IMG/VR virus record: IMGVR_UViG_3300037466_001923
Reading direction: 5' to 3' (one strand)
Origin: a virus
Length of the DNA stretch: 48,809 bases
Below the pieces are notes generated by a model. It was given only the letters and a program-made list of their open reading frames with translations, was not told where the DNA came from and made no database searches. Below are positions 15,148 to 22,635 of the stretch, piece after piece; within the stretch, counting starts at the first letter, position 1; every line of letters starts with the position of its first letter. The position numbers and the translations under genes are program-made.

Positions 15148-16571
15148 CTAGCTCGCCCCGTGTGGAATCGTCGATAGCAGGTCGAGCAGATATGCACCCG
15201 TTTCGGGTAGGCGCGACGGTTTGCTTCGCGGCGAACTTCATCCTTCGTGATGGGCGGCAATGTGTGTGTTTCCAACTCATCGGCATCGAACACGCCATTG
15301 CACGACCCGCAGCGGCTACCGAGCGCTTCAACAAGCGCGACTTGCCTTTCGACTTGGTCAGCAGTTCGTTTCTTCATGTGGCCCTCCGCTGGCTCCTTCT
15401 TGTGCAGCTTTCCGTACAGCAGCCGTGCGCGCAGCACCTCGAAGCTGTAGCCGCGGCCGGAGCGGTTGATGACCTTTGCGACCCCGTTCAGGGCTTCCGT
15501 GTAGCCGTTCGAAATCGGGTGGTCGAAGTAGGCGAGCATCTCCTCGCGCCAGTTCCGGGTGGAAGTGAGCAACGGCAGGAAGCTCTTCTTGCCCTTCTTC
15601 ATGGCGGCTGGAACGGACTTGCGCCATTCGTCCAGACGCTCAGAGGCTGCAGCCTTGTCGGGCGCGTCGTAGATGTCGTAGAACGCTTCCTTCAGCCGGT
15701 AGGCGGTCGCCACGTGCGGCTCGTTGTCCAGCCACATCTGGAGGTTGAAGCGGCCCTGTTCGTCGAGGTTCTTGTATCGCATCCGGAGCAACGCTTTGCG
15801 CCGCATCCAGTCACGGCTGACGGCCTTCTCCTGCTCCTTGCCGAGGCTGATTCGAATATCGTCCATGGCGCGGTTCGCCATTCTGACCAAGTGGAACTTG
15901 TCGATAACGACTGGCAGACCAGGGAAGACGGATTGCGCTGCGTCCTTGTACGGTCGCCACATGTCGATGGCGAGGCCCTTGACGCCGCCGCGCTCCTTGA
16001 ACTGATGCAGCCACGCCGTCACCAGCGGCTTGTCGCGGTCGGGCAGCATATCAATAGGAACTCGATTGACCACGTCGGTGATGATGCAGCGGAGCTTGCC
16101 GTCAATCTGCGTCTCGTCGATGCCCAGCCACTCTGGCAGCCAGGGTTTGTATTCCGCGTTCAGGCGGTCGATGTAGTCGCCGGCCAGGGTTCGGACGGTC
16201 TTGTCATCGCAGCCCACATGCTCAGCGATGCGAGTGAAGGTATCTCGCAGGCACTGTTCCTCGATGTACTGCACGCAACGGGCTGTCATGCGCGTGGCGG
16301 GATGGATACCGCCCAATGGCTGGATAAACGTGCCGCCGCACTCTCTGCACCTGAAACGCTGCGCATTGGCCTCAATGCTCACAGGACGGCCCCGAATAGG
16401 GCTATCTCGAAAAATGATCATTTTGGGGCCGTGCTTATAAACGCGGCCAATTACGCCGCATTTTTGGCATGCCTCCGGCAAAACTGTGTAGTCGGCCGAG
16501 ATGATGTAGTGGTCGTCTTCGGTGCGCGTCGCGGTCGGAACCCAGCCGGGGAGGTCGAGAATGTCGGTCAT
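15123..16571 (-). CDS. ISL3-family transposase with a roughly 90-aa C-terminal Cys-rich extension
   Basis: N-terminal zf-ISL3 CQKCG...FRCRECGG. DDE core LGIDETQ...LAIDMWRPY...VIDKFH...NGYTEALNG. Tail has CGSCNG...CSTCYRRFH. Confidence 0.9.
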   Translation of the reverse strand: MTDILDLPGWVPTATRTEDDHYIISADYTVLPEACQKCGVIGRVYKHGPKMIIFRDSPIRGRPVSIEANAQRFRCRECGGTFIQPLGGIHPATRMTARCVQYIEEQCLRDTFTRIAEHVGCDDKTVRTLAGDYIDRLNAEYKPWLPEWLGIDETQIDGKLRCIITDVVNRVPIDMLPDRDKPLVTAWLHQFKERGGVKGLAIDMWRPYKDAAQSVFPGLPVVIDKFHLVRMANRAMDDIRISLGKEQEKAVSRDWMRRKALLRMRYKNLDEQGRFNLQMWLDNEPHVATAYRLKEAFYDIYDAPDKAAASERLDEWRKSVPAAMKKGKKSFLPLLTSTRNWREEMLAYFDHPISNGYTEALNGVAKVINRSGRGYSFEVLRARLLYGKLHKKEPAEGHMKKRTADQVERQVALVEALGSRCGSCNGVFDADELETHTLPPITKDEVRREANRRAYPKRVHICSTCYRRFHTGRASHGSQPST

Positions 16572-17306
16572 TTAGAAGCCGGTCAGCAATTGGTATTGGA
16601 CCGGCATCTTATCAATGCCCGAAAGGAACGACTCCGCCTCGCGCCAGTCGTTGGCATTACGGCCTTGGCGGCGAGCTGCAAACGACCACGCCATCGAATC
16701 GGCCGTATAAAGGCATTCACGCACGAATCCGCTACGGAGCGCCGTGGTCTTCAGGCCGAAGCCGTGCAGGCGAAGGTCCGGGCGACGCATCTTGATAGCG
16801 CAAAGAACCGCCTCAATCGCCTTCGGGTCGCCGTTTCTCTTGCAGACGCTGCCCACGCCAACCCAAGCTCCAGGCGCCAGACGGTCGCCATACATGTCGA
16901 TATGGCGGACATAGTCTTCGGGAGCGAAGCCTTGCAGCACGGGCATGATGTAGACACCACCGGTATCGCAAGCTACCAACGCGTCATATCGCTCAATGGT
17001 CAGTCGCTGATGCTCCGCAACCGACAAGCCTGTCTTCGCCACCATGAACGGCTCGCACATATAGTCCTGCGCCACAGCGCACAAAAGATTGCCATTAGTC
17101 GCCCAGCGGCGGATTTGAGCGGCGTACACACTCGGCTCTTCTGGATAGCCGCCGTGAGTAAGGATGGTCGTGAACGCCCCCGAGTCCATCATCCAATCGC
17201 CGACGGCGAAGGGGCTCACGCGCTTCTTCAAGCGGTTCACCGAAATCATTGCCGCCTCGAAGTTCTTGGCATCCGACGGCTGATGCAAACCGATAAAGAA
17301 TCGCAT
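16572..17306 (-). CDS. dpdA: TGT-like DNA transglycosylase (DpdA-like, 7-deazaguanine DNA modification), tentative
   Basis: MRFFIGLHQP...ISVNRL...WMMDSGAF...AQDYMCEP...MPVLQGF...VGVGSVCKR...LHGFGLK...ADSMAWS. Motif order matches my recollection of DpdA/TGT-family proteins. TAAATG junction with the transposase. Confidence 0.5.
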   Translation of the reverse strand: MRFFIGLHQPSDAKNFEAAMISVNRLKKRVSPFAVGDWMMDSGAFTTILTHGGYPEEPSVYAAQIRRWATNGNLLCAVAQDYMCEPFMVAKTGLSVAEHQRLTIERYDALVACDTGGVYIMPVLQGFAPEDYVRHIDMYGDRLAPGAWVGVGSVCKRNGDPKAIEAVLCAIKMRRPDLRLHGFGLKTTALRSGFVRECLYTADSMAWSFAARRQGRNANDWREAESFLSGIDKMPVQYQLLTGF

Positions 17307-17354
17307 TTATTCCACACGTTTTTCCGTTTTCTTAACTTATCATGGAATCATGGA

Positions 17355-17378
17355 TTACACACGTTATTCCGCAGAGCC
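17355..17378. repeat. IS terminal inverted repeat (passenger-gene end)
   Basis: Reverse complement starts GGCTCT. A 17-bp inner direct copy sits at 17310-17326. Confidence 0.8.
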
Positions 17379-17386
17379 GAGATAAC
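17379..17386. repeat. 8-bp target-site duplication GAGATAAC (right)
   Basis: Identical to 15101-15108. Confidence 0.85.
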
Positions 17387-17388
17387 TG

Positions 17389-17673
17389 ATGGCCGTCTAT
17401 GTCGACGACATGGCCGCCCAGTACGGCCGCATGGTGATGTTCCACATGGTCGCAGACACCGACGACGAGCTGCACGCAATGGCCGACAAGATCGGCGTCG
17501 CGCGACGCTGGCACCAGAAAGCCGGAACGGTGCACAGCCACTACGACATCTGCAAGGCGAAGCGGATGCAAGCTATCGGCCATGGCGCTGTTGAAGTGGA
17601 CCGCCGAGGACTCGCCTCCATCATCAAATCAAAGCGCGCAGCCGCGGCCCTTGGAGAGAGCAAACATGAGTGA
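17389..17673 (+). CDS. DUF4031-like protein
   Basis: MAVYVDD...HMVADTDDELHAMADKIGVARRWHQ...HYDI pattern. Confidence 0.55.
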   Translation: MAVYVDDMAAQYGRMVMFHMVADTDDELHAMADKIGVARRWHQKAGTVHSHYDICKAKRMQAIGHGAVEVDRRGLASIIKSKRAAAALGESKHE

Positions 17674-18037
17674 GCCGACATTGTTGCCGTGCCCGTTCTG
17701 CGGTGGCGAGGCGAATGAACCGAGTTATGACGGCCAGTACATGTCTGCGTCGGTGATTTGCATGGCGTGTGCGGCCACGACTTTCGGAACTGGTTTCAAG
17801 CTCTCCGCCACGGATGAGGCTAGATCAAACTGGAATCAACGCCCTACGTGCGAATGGGCCAAAGATCCAGACGAAGAATACATGCCCGACACGTGGGACA
17901 GCGCTTGTGGTGAGAAGTGGACCTTCAACGAAGGCGGCCCAGTCGAGAACAGCGTGCGCTTCTGCCAAGGTTGCGGCAAGACCGTGAAACTGGCTGCCGC
18001 ACAACCGCCCGCGATGATGGAGCACGATGATGAGTGA
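17666..18037 (+). CDS. Lar-family restriction-alleviation-like protein with a C-terminal extension
   Basis: Start ATG 17666. LLPCPFCGGEA...VICMACAA...DEARSNWNQR matches the Lar pattern CPFCGG...C..C...W..R. Confidence 0.5.
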   Translation: MSEPTLLPCPFCGGEANEPSYDGQYMSASVICMACAATTFGTGFKLSATDEARSNWNQRPTCEWAKDPDEEYMPDTWDSACGEKWTFNEGGPVENSVRFCQGCGKTVKLAAAQPPAMMEHDDE

Positions 18038-18278
18038 TGTTCGCCAACTTCCAGTGCCGAACGAAACGAATCGGAAGGCACCAAACCGCATCGTGCGCCC
18101 CTGCGAATGGCAGCTATTCAGCGCCGTGAATGCGCTGGAAACGCAGATGGGATCAGTCGAGGCTTACAACCGTTTGTGCGATGCGGCTGAAGCGATGAAG
18201 AAAAAAATTGATGCTGGAGATGGTCGGGCGCAGCACCCCATGTGGGCCACTGATCCAACAATGATTTATCCAGCATGA
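18027..18278 (+). CDS. Hypothetical protein
   Basis: 83-aa ORF. Confidence 0.5.
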   Translation: MMSDVRQLPVPNETNRKAPNRIVRPCEWQLFSAVNALETQMGSVEAYNRLCDAAEAMKKKIDAGDGRAQHPMWATDPTMIYPA

Positions 18279-18303
18279 CCCACCAAGCAGCACGAGGATC
18301 CAC

Positions 18304-18645
18304 ATGAACGATATGACCGAGTTCCAAAAGCGCGCAGCAGCTGCAGCAGTGACCAAGATGCTCACTGGCAAGCACTTCAGCGTCTGCGATCTGGACTCCA
18401 TCGCAGAGACGATGGGTCGCAAGTCGGCTATGGCAGGCCAGGACTATGCAGCACTGCGTTCGGTGCATTGCATGCACTGGGCCGACATGGGTCCGGACCT
18501 ATCACGCATGGTGCGAGAAAAGTGTTTGGAACTCCTGGGCCTACCGCCGCGAGTTATTGAGGCCGAGCCAGAGGCACCAAAGCATGAAGAGCTGCCAGCG
18601 GCCCCAGAAAAGAAAGTGAGGTTGGCATTTTGGAAGCAGAGCTGA
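18304..18645 (+). CDS. Hypothetical protein
   Basis: 113-aa ORF. Confidence 0.55.
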   Translation: MNDMTEFQKRAAAAAVTKMLTGKHFSVCDLDSIAETMGRKSAMAGQDYAALRSVHCMHWADMGPDLSRMVREKCLELLGLPPRVIEAEPEAPKHEELPAAPEKKVRLAFWKQS

Positions 18646-18685
18646 CAAGGATTCTGGAGACGACACGTCTCGCGTGGAGGATCAG

Positions 18686-18898
18686 ATGAGTGACGACATG
18701 TTCTTGACTGAGGCCCAAATCGAAAGGTTGACGGGCTGGAAGATCAAATCTAAGCAGATCGATTGGCTGCGCCGTGAGGCGATCCCGTTCCGCGTGAACG
18801 CGACGGGGCACCCCATCGTCACGAAAGCGGCGATCGAGGGGCGCGCTGAAGCGCCGCGGACTGATCGGAAATGGACGCCCCGAGTTCTGGCGGCATAG
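18686..18898 (+). CDS. xis: Excisionase-like protein (DUF4224-type)
   Basis: FLTEAQIERLTGWKIKSKQIDWLRREAIPFRVNATGHPIV. Immediately upstream of int. GGAGGA SD before ATG 18686. Confidence 0.55.
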   Translation: MSDDMFLTEAQIERLTGWKIKSKQIDWLRREAIPFRVNATGHPIVTKAAIEGRAEAPRTDRKWTPRVLAA

Positions 18899-18902
18899 AG
18901 GA

Positions 18903-20003
18903 ATGGGTCGCAAACCGTACCGTAACACCGGTCTTCCGCCAGGGATGCGGAAGCGCGTGCGGCGCACGCGCATCTACTACTACCTGGACACTGGCGAGAA
19001 GCCGAGGCGCGAAATACCACTAGGAAGCGACTATGTGCTGGCAGTGAAAGAGTGGTCACGTCTAAGGGCGTCAAAGACGCCTGCCGCTGGCGAGATCACG
19101 TTCGCCTACGTTGCGCAAAAATACTGGGAGGACGTCATTCCGACCAAGAAGCCGCGGACGCAGAGTGACAATGAGAAGGAGCGAGCAAAGTTGCTGCAAT
19201 TTTTCAATGACCCGCCAGCGCCACTCGACACGATCGAGCCCGTACACGTCAGGCAGTACATGCGCTGGCGCGTGCAGAATGCTCGCGAAGAGGCCCAGAA
19301 GAAAAACGAGCAGCGAATCAAAGAGAAAAAGGCCCCGCTGCCTATACCCGCAAACCTAGGGCAGGTGCGCGCCAACCGGGAGAAAGCGCTTTTCTCCCAC
19401 ATCTGGAACTATGCGCGCTCAGAGGGCTACACGGCCCTACCAAACCCGTGCGCCGGTATCAAAGGCTACGTGGAATCAGGTCGCGATGCGTACGTCGACG
19501 ACGATCTGCTGGCCCGCGCCATGGAGCATGCGGTGTTGCCGCTGCAGTTTGCGCTGCGCCTGGCGCACCTCACCGGCCAGCGGCCGGCGGATGTCTACAA
19601 AATGGCCGAGACGGACATCAAGGATGGGATGCTATTCGTCCGGCAGGGGAAGACGGATGCACCGCTGCGTTTCATGATCGGCGGCGAACTGAAAACGCTT
19701 CTAGACGAGATGCTGGCCTACAAAGCGCAATTCGCCGTGCGATCGCTGGCGCTACTGGTGACGGAATCCGGCCAGCCGATGAAGGCGCACCACATGCGGC
19801 ACCGTTTCGATATGGCCCGCGACAAGGCAGGAATCGCCAAGCATGAATTCCAGTTCCGGGATCTGCGGGCGAAAACGGCGACCGAGGCAGACGACGCAGA
19901 AGGAACGCGACGGGCACAAGCTATACTCGGCCACACCACAGAGACAATGACGACTCACTACATCCGAAAGCGCGCCGGAAAGAAGGTGCGACCACTGCGA
20001 TAA
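18903..20003 (+). CDS. int: Tyrosine integrase
   Basis: LTGQRPADV (Arg), HHMRHRF (H-x-x-R), LGHTTETMTTHYIR (His, Tyr). Confidence 0.9.
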   Translation: MGRKPYRNTGLPPGMRKRVRRTRIYYYLDTGEKPRREIPLGSDYVLAVKEWSRLRASKTPAAGEITFAYVAQKYWEDVIPTKKPRTQSDNEKERAKLLQFFNDPPAPLDTIEPVHVRQYMRWRVQNAREEAQKKNEQRIKEKKAPLPIPANLGQVRANREKALFSHIWNYARSEGYTALPNPCAGIKGYVESGRDAYVDDDLLARAMEHAVLPLQFALRLAHLTGQRPADVYKMAETDIKDGMLFVRQGKTDAPLRFMIGGELKTLLDEMLAYKAQFAVRSLALLVTESGQPMKAHHMRHRFDMARDKAGIAKHEFQFRDLRAKTATEADDAEGTRRAQAILGHTTETMTTHYIRKRAGKKVRPLR

Positions 20004-20006
20004 GAC

Positions 20007-20235
20007 GTTCCGCAAATGCAATTGACGGCGCGACAGCATGCGGGTTTACGGGTTACGCTTCCGTAAATTTTGCGGAATCAAAATAGAGGCAAAGCATTGA
20101 TTATTATGGATTTTTAGTAGGACTTAAAATCCGCTGCGCCCTAATCGGCGCGTGCCGGTTCGATCCCGGCTCCGGGCACCATATCGAAAGCGGACACTAA
20201 CGTAGTTCCGCAAAGCAGCGATGAGTTCCGCAAAG
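20007..20235. repeat. Four copies of TTCCGCAAA flanking the att core: putative integrase arm-type sites
   Basis: 20008-20016 (+), 20069-20077 (inverted), 20206-20214 (+), 20226-20234 (+). The last two are exact 12-mers AGTTCCGCAAAG, 20 bp apart. Confidence 0.55.
20118..20181 (+). other. attP core: 3' portion of tRNA-Leu(UAA), from anticodon loop through variable arm and T-arm to CCA
   Basis: CTTAAAA loop, long variable arm GCGCC/GGCGC, T-arm GCCGG-TTCGATC-CCGGC, then TCCGGGCACCA. Only 3 of 5 anticodon-stem pairs form and there is no D-arm or 5' acceptor upstream. Confidence 0.75.
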
Positions 20236-20458
20236 TGTCAATCGACGCCCGGCTCGCGCTCGTACGAGTCGCATGGGTAGCTGCTGTTTCGCAGCCCGCG
20301 GTCGCAACCAAGGATGACGGCATAGTGTCGGTTGCTCGGGTGAAACTCTAGGCCCCAGATTGCATGCGATCATGTCCAACACGTGCGCCTGACAGAGGGG
20401 CGCAAGTCATAGTCTTTCCGTTCCGAGATCGGCGGATAACCGCCCCTGCCTTCGTTCA

Positions 20459-20478
20459 TACTGTACAAATATACAGTA
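20459..20478. promoter_or_regulatory. LexA (SOS) box TACTGTACAAATATACAGTA
   Basis: CTGT-N8-ACAG with 7-bp perfect arms. Overlaps a possible TTCGTT-17-CAGTAT promoter reading to the right. Confidence 0.7.
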
Positions 20479-20625
20479 TTTGGTAGCAGACCCAACCCAT
20501 ACATTGATCTCCCGCATACCCCCCTGCATGTAGGGAGCCGGCCATATCGACATCGGATTGAAGACGCCCTATTCTTTGTCGCGGCAGGCTATCGAACCTT
20601 AGCCCGATAAAACCAAGGAGGGGAA

Positions 20626-20811
20626 ATGTCGAAGTTCAATGAATATGTGGATCGGATTCCCCCGCTGGTGGGGATACTGTTTGCGACCATTATTGCGGCG
20701 GTCATTTATAGCGCCGTCCAGATACAGAGCGTTCAAAACTGTCTTGAACGCGCACAAGTCACTGGCAGGCCTAGCGAATGCAAAGCGAGCGTCTGGTTCA
20801 GGCTTCTCTGA
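20626..20811 (+). CDS. 61-aa membrane peptide downstream of the LexA box
   Basis: Strong SD AAGGAGG. TM segment IPPLVGILFATIIAAVIYSAV. Confidence 0.6.
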   Translation: MSKFNEYVDRIPPLVGILFATIIAAVIYSAVQIQSVQNCLERAQVTGRPSECKASVWFRLL

Positions 20812-20827
20812 ACTCACGCAGCGGGCC

Positions 20828-21406
20828 TCAAGCCAGCGCCTGGATCACGCGCGCAAGCTTGTGGTCTTCGACGTTCGGCATCGGCCATGCCGCGCGCCCT
20901 ATTTCGATCAGCGGCGCCGGATGCTGCCACGCGCGCAGCAGTCGCGGCACCAGCGGCACCACGTCCTGACCGTTTCGGTAAAGGTTCACCTGGACGCCGT
21001 GCGCTTTCAGGAGATTGCCTAGCGTGCCATCGGCGCTCACGCGTGGCGGCTCGAAACCGTACACCGCGCGCGGGGGCCGGCCGGCGACGCAGAGCTGGGC
21101 AGCGAACAGGATGGCCAATGCCGCCCCCTCGCTGTGCCCCACGGTCACTGCCGGCGCCGGCAGCGCGAGCAATGGCCCGCTGATCGAACTGAACGCCTTC
21201 CAAAAACCGTGATGCAGGGCGCCAAGGCCATCCACGTGCACCGCGTCGGCATCCAGATCAGCCAACCAGCACGCGAGATTGTCCGAGCCCGGAAAGGCGA
21301 CGGCGTCGCCCTCCACGATCGCACGCGCAGCGCTGGCCGGCGCGCCAATCTGCGGCTGCAGCTGGTACGCCCGCTGCGCCAGCCTGGCGTAATCCTGCGG
21401 TGTCAT
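20828..21406 (-). CDS. Class-3-lipase-like alpha/beta hydrolase
   Basis: Start at ATG 21406 (MTPQDYARLAQRAY). Nucleophile elbow VGHSEGA, later NGQDVVP and NVEDHK. The rest of ORF 20828..21790 is Arg-rich overlap. Confidence 0.65.
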   Translation of the reverse strand: MTPQDYARLAQRAYQLQPQIGAPASAARAIVEGDAVAFPGSDNLACWLADLDADAVHVDGLGALHHGFWKAFSSISGPLLALPAPAVTVGHSEGAALAILFAAQLCVAGRPPRAVYGFEPPRVSADGTLGNLLKAHGVQVNLYRNGQDVVPLVPRLLRAWQHPAPLIEIGRAAWPMPNVEDHKLARVIQALA

Positions 21407-21846
21407 TTCGCAGCAGGCGCAGAAGCCGCTGGCGCAGCGCTCGCAGTGGTGGACGTAGGCGCCAACTGAATCGCAATGTTGAACGCCAGCACGCCGGTAT
21501 CGATGGCCGCGTCGGCCGCGTTCTTCTTGTCCTGCGGCAGCGACGACGCATCTACCAGGGTCTTGATCAGCGGCAGCGTGGCATTGACGATCGACTGCAG
21601 GCTGGCGTCGGTCACGGTCGCGCCGGCCGCGCACACCTTGGCGATGGCGGGCTCGACATCGTTGGCTAGCGTGTTGGCCGCGCCACCAGTGAAGACGTTG
21701 TCGGCCTTCAGGATGGCGATTTCGCCTTTGGCAGCGCCGCAGGCGATCGAAACCTGCTGATCGAAGGTCAGTTGTGGCGCGCTGGCGCAAGCGGCGAGAA
21801 CGGACGCGGCGATGCCTGCCGCAAGCAGCATGATGGTGCGTTTCAT
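21403..21846 (-). CDS. Lipoprotein
   Basis: MKRTIMLLAAGIAASVLAAC has a canonical lipobox. ATGA coupling to the lipase. Confidence 0.7.
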   Translation of the reverse strand: MKRTIMLLAAGIAASVLAACASAPQLTFDQQVSIACGAAKGEIAILKADNVFTGGAANTLANDVEPAIAKVCAAGATVTDASLQSIVNATLPLIKTLVDASSLPQDKKNAADAAIDTGVLAFNIAIQLAPTSTTASAAPAASAPAAK

Positions 21847-21877
21847 GGGGAAACCTCGATGTGAAGGGAGTTGTGGA

Positions 21878-22069
21878 TTACTGACCGGCCGTCGACGAGG
21901 CGGCGGGAGCAGATGCCGGCGCTGCGGCCGGCGCTTGAGCGGTGATCTGCTGCACTGCGCTAGACAGGTAGGCAACAAAGCCTGGCATCAGCGACGGGTT
22001 CTGTACGGCAGCGAAGCCGTAGCCAGCAATGGCGATCGCGCCGAGCGCGTATTTCAGTTTTCGATTCAT
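21878..22069 (-). CDS. 63-aa N-terminal-TM protein with an Ala/Pro-rich tail
   Basis: ALGAIAIAGYGFAAV then AQAPAAAPASAPAA. Confidence 0.5.
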   Translation of the reverse strand: MNRKLKYALGAIAIAGYGFAAVQNPSLMPGFVAYLSSAVQQITAQAPAAAPASAPAASSTAGQ

Positions 22070-22635
22070 GATTGCTCCGGGTTGGTGACCTCATCCGGCG
22101 TGAACACGAAGCCCACCTTGCGCGGGTATGCCTGGAAGATGTAGGTCGGGAAACTGCGGTGATGGATGCCGTGTGTCGGCGAGCGGTGGAACTTCATTGC
22201 AACCGGCAGCATGTTTTGCATGGAGTCGACGAACAGCTCGGGGCGCGCGGGATCGAATGCCTTCCAGTCGAAGCCACGGATCTCGGCGAGCTTGCAGATC
22301 AGCCACACCAGGGACTGCTCTGCCGGAAAGGTCTTGCCGGTCGGCTGGTCAGTGTGTGGATCAAGCACCGGCAGTTCGGCAACTTCGCCGAGCGCGATAC
22401 CGCGCACCTTTTCCCAGTCGACGGCATCGGAGTCGGCCCACTCGCAGAAGAGGTGGTGGTACTCGGGGTCAGGCTGGCCGCTGATTGCGCAAACTAGGCC
22501 AGCCTTATGCCCTTCCGTCTTGGTATGGCGGAACGTGGCAGACTCGGTGCGCTGGGCGTGGTCGGGGTAGTACTCTGCTTCGACGATGGTCTCTGTGACG
22601 AGATGCTCGCCGTGTGGGGCTGTATTGATGGCCAT
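22066..22635 (-). CDS. Hypothetical protein with His-rich HNH-reminiscent motifs
   Basis: Start ATG 22635 with a GGAGGG SD. EYHHLFCEWA ... NMLPVAMKFHRSPTHGIHH. Family not recognised. Confidence 0.5.
   Translation of the reverse strand: MAINTAPHGEHLVTETIVEAEYYPDHAQRTESATFRHTKTEGHKAGLVCAISGQPDPEYHHLFCEWADSDAVDWEKVRGIALGEVAELPVLDPHTDQPTGKTFPAEQSLVWLICKLAEIRGFDWKAFDPARPELFVDSMQNMLPVAMKFHRSPTHGIHHRSFPTYIFQAYPRKVGFVFTPDEVTNPEQS

Larger units (their letters stand above)
15109..17378 (-). mobile_element. ISL3-family insertion element (2,270 bp) carrying a transposase and a DpdA/TGT-like passenger gene
   Basis: 24-bp imperfect IRs GGCTCTCCGGAATATCATGTGGAA and GGCTCTGCGGAATAACGTGTGTAA (reverse complement), 20/24 identical. 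8-bp TSD. ISL3 transposase inside. Confidence 0.85.

Noticed and set aside
15144-17594. 816-aa plus-strand ORF, the longest in the window
   Set aside because: It is antisense to the ISL3 transposase and the DpdA-like gene, both of which have clear family motifs. Its own translation is Arg/Ala/Val-rich and motif-free, a typical high-GC shadow ORF.
20118-20181. A functional phage-encoded tRNA-Leu gene
   Set aside because: Only the anticodon loop to the CCA end is present. The sequence upstream cannot form the acceptor, D-arm or a complete anticodon stem. I interpret it as the attP core.
20828-21790. 320-aa ORF taken as a single lipase gene
   Set aside because: The first 128 residues are Arg-rich junk overlapping the lipoprotein gene in another frame. 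The hydrolase domain starts at Met129 (21406), with an ATGA coupling to the lipoprotein stop.
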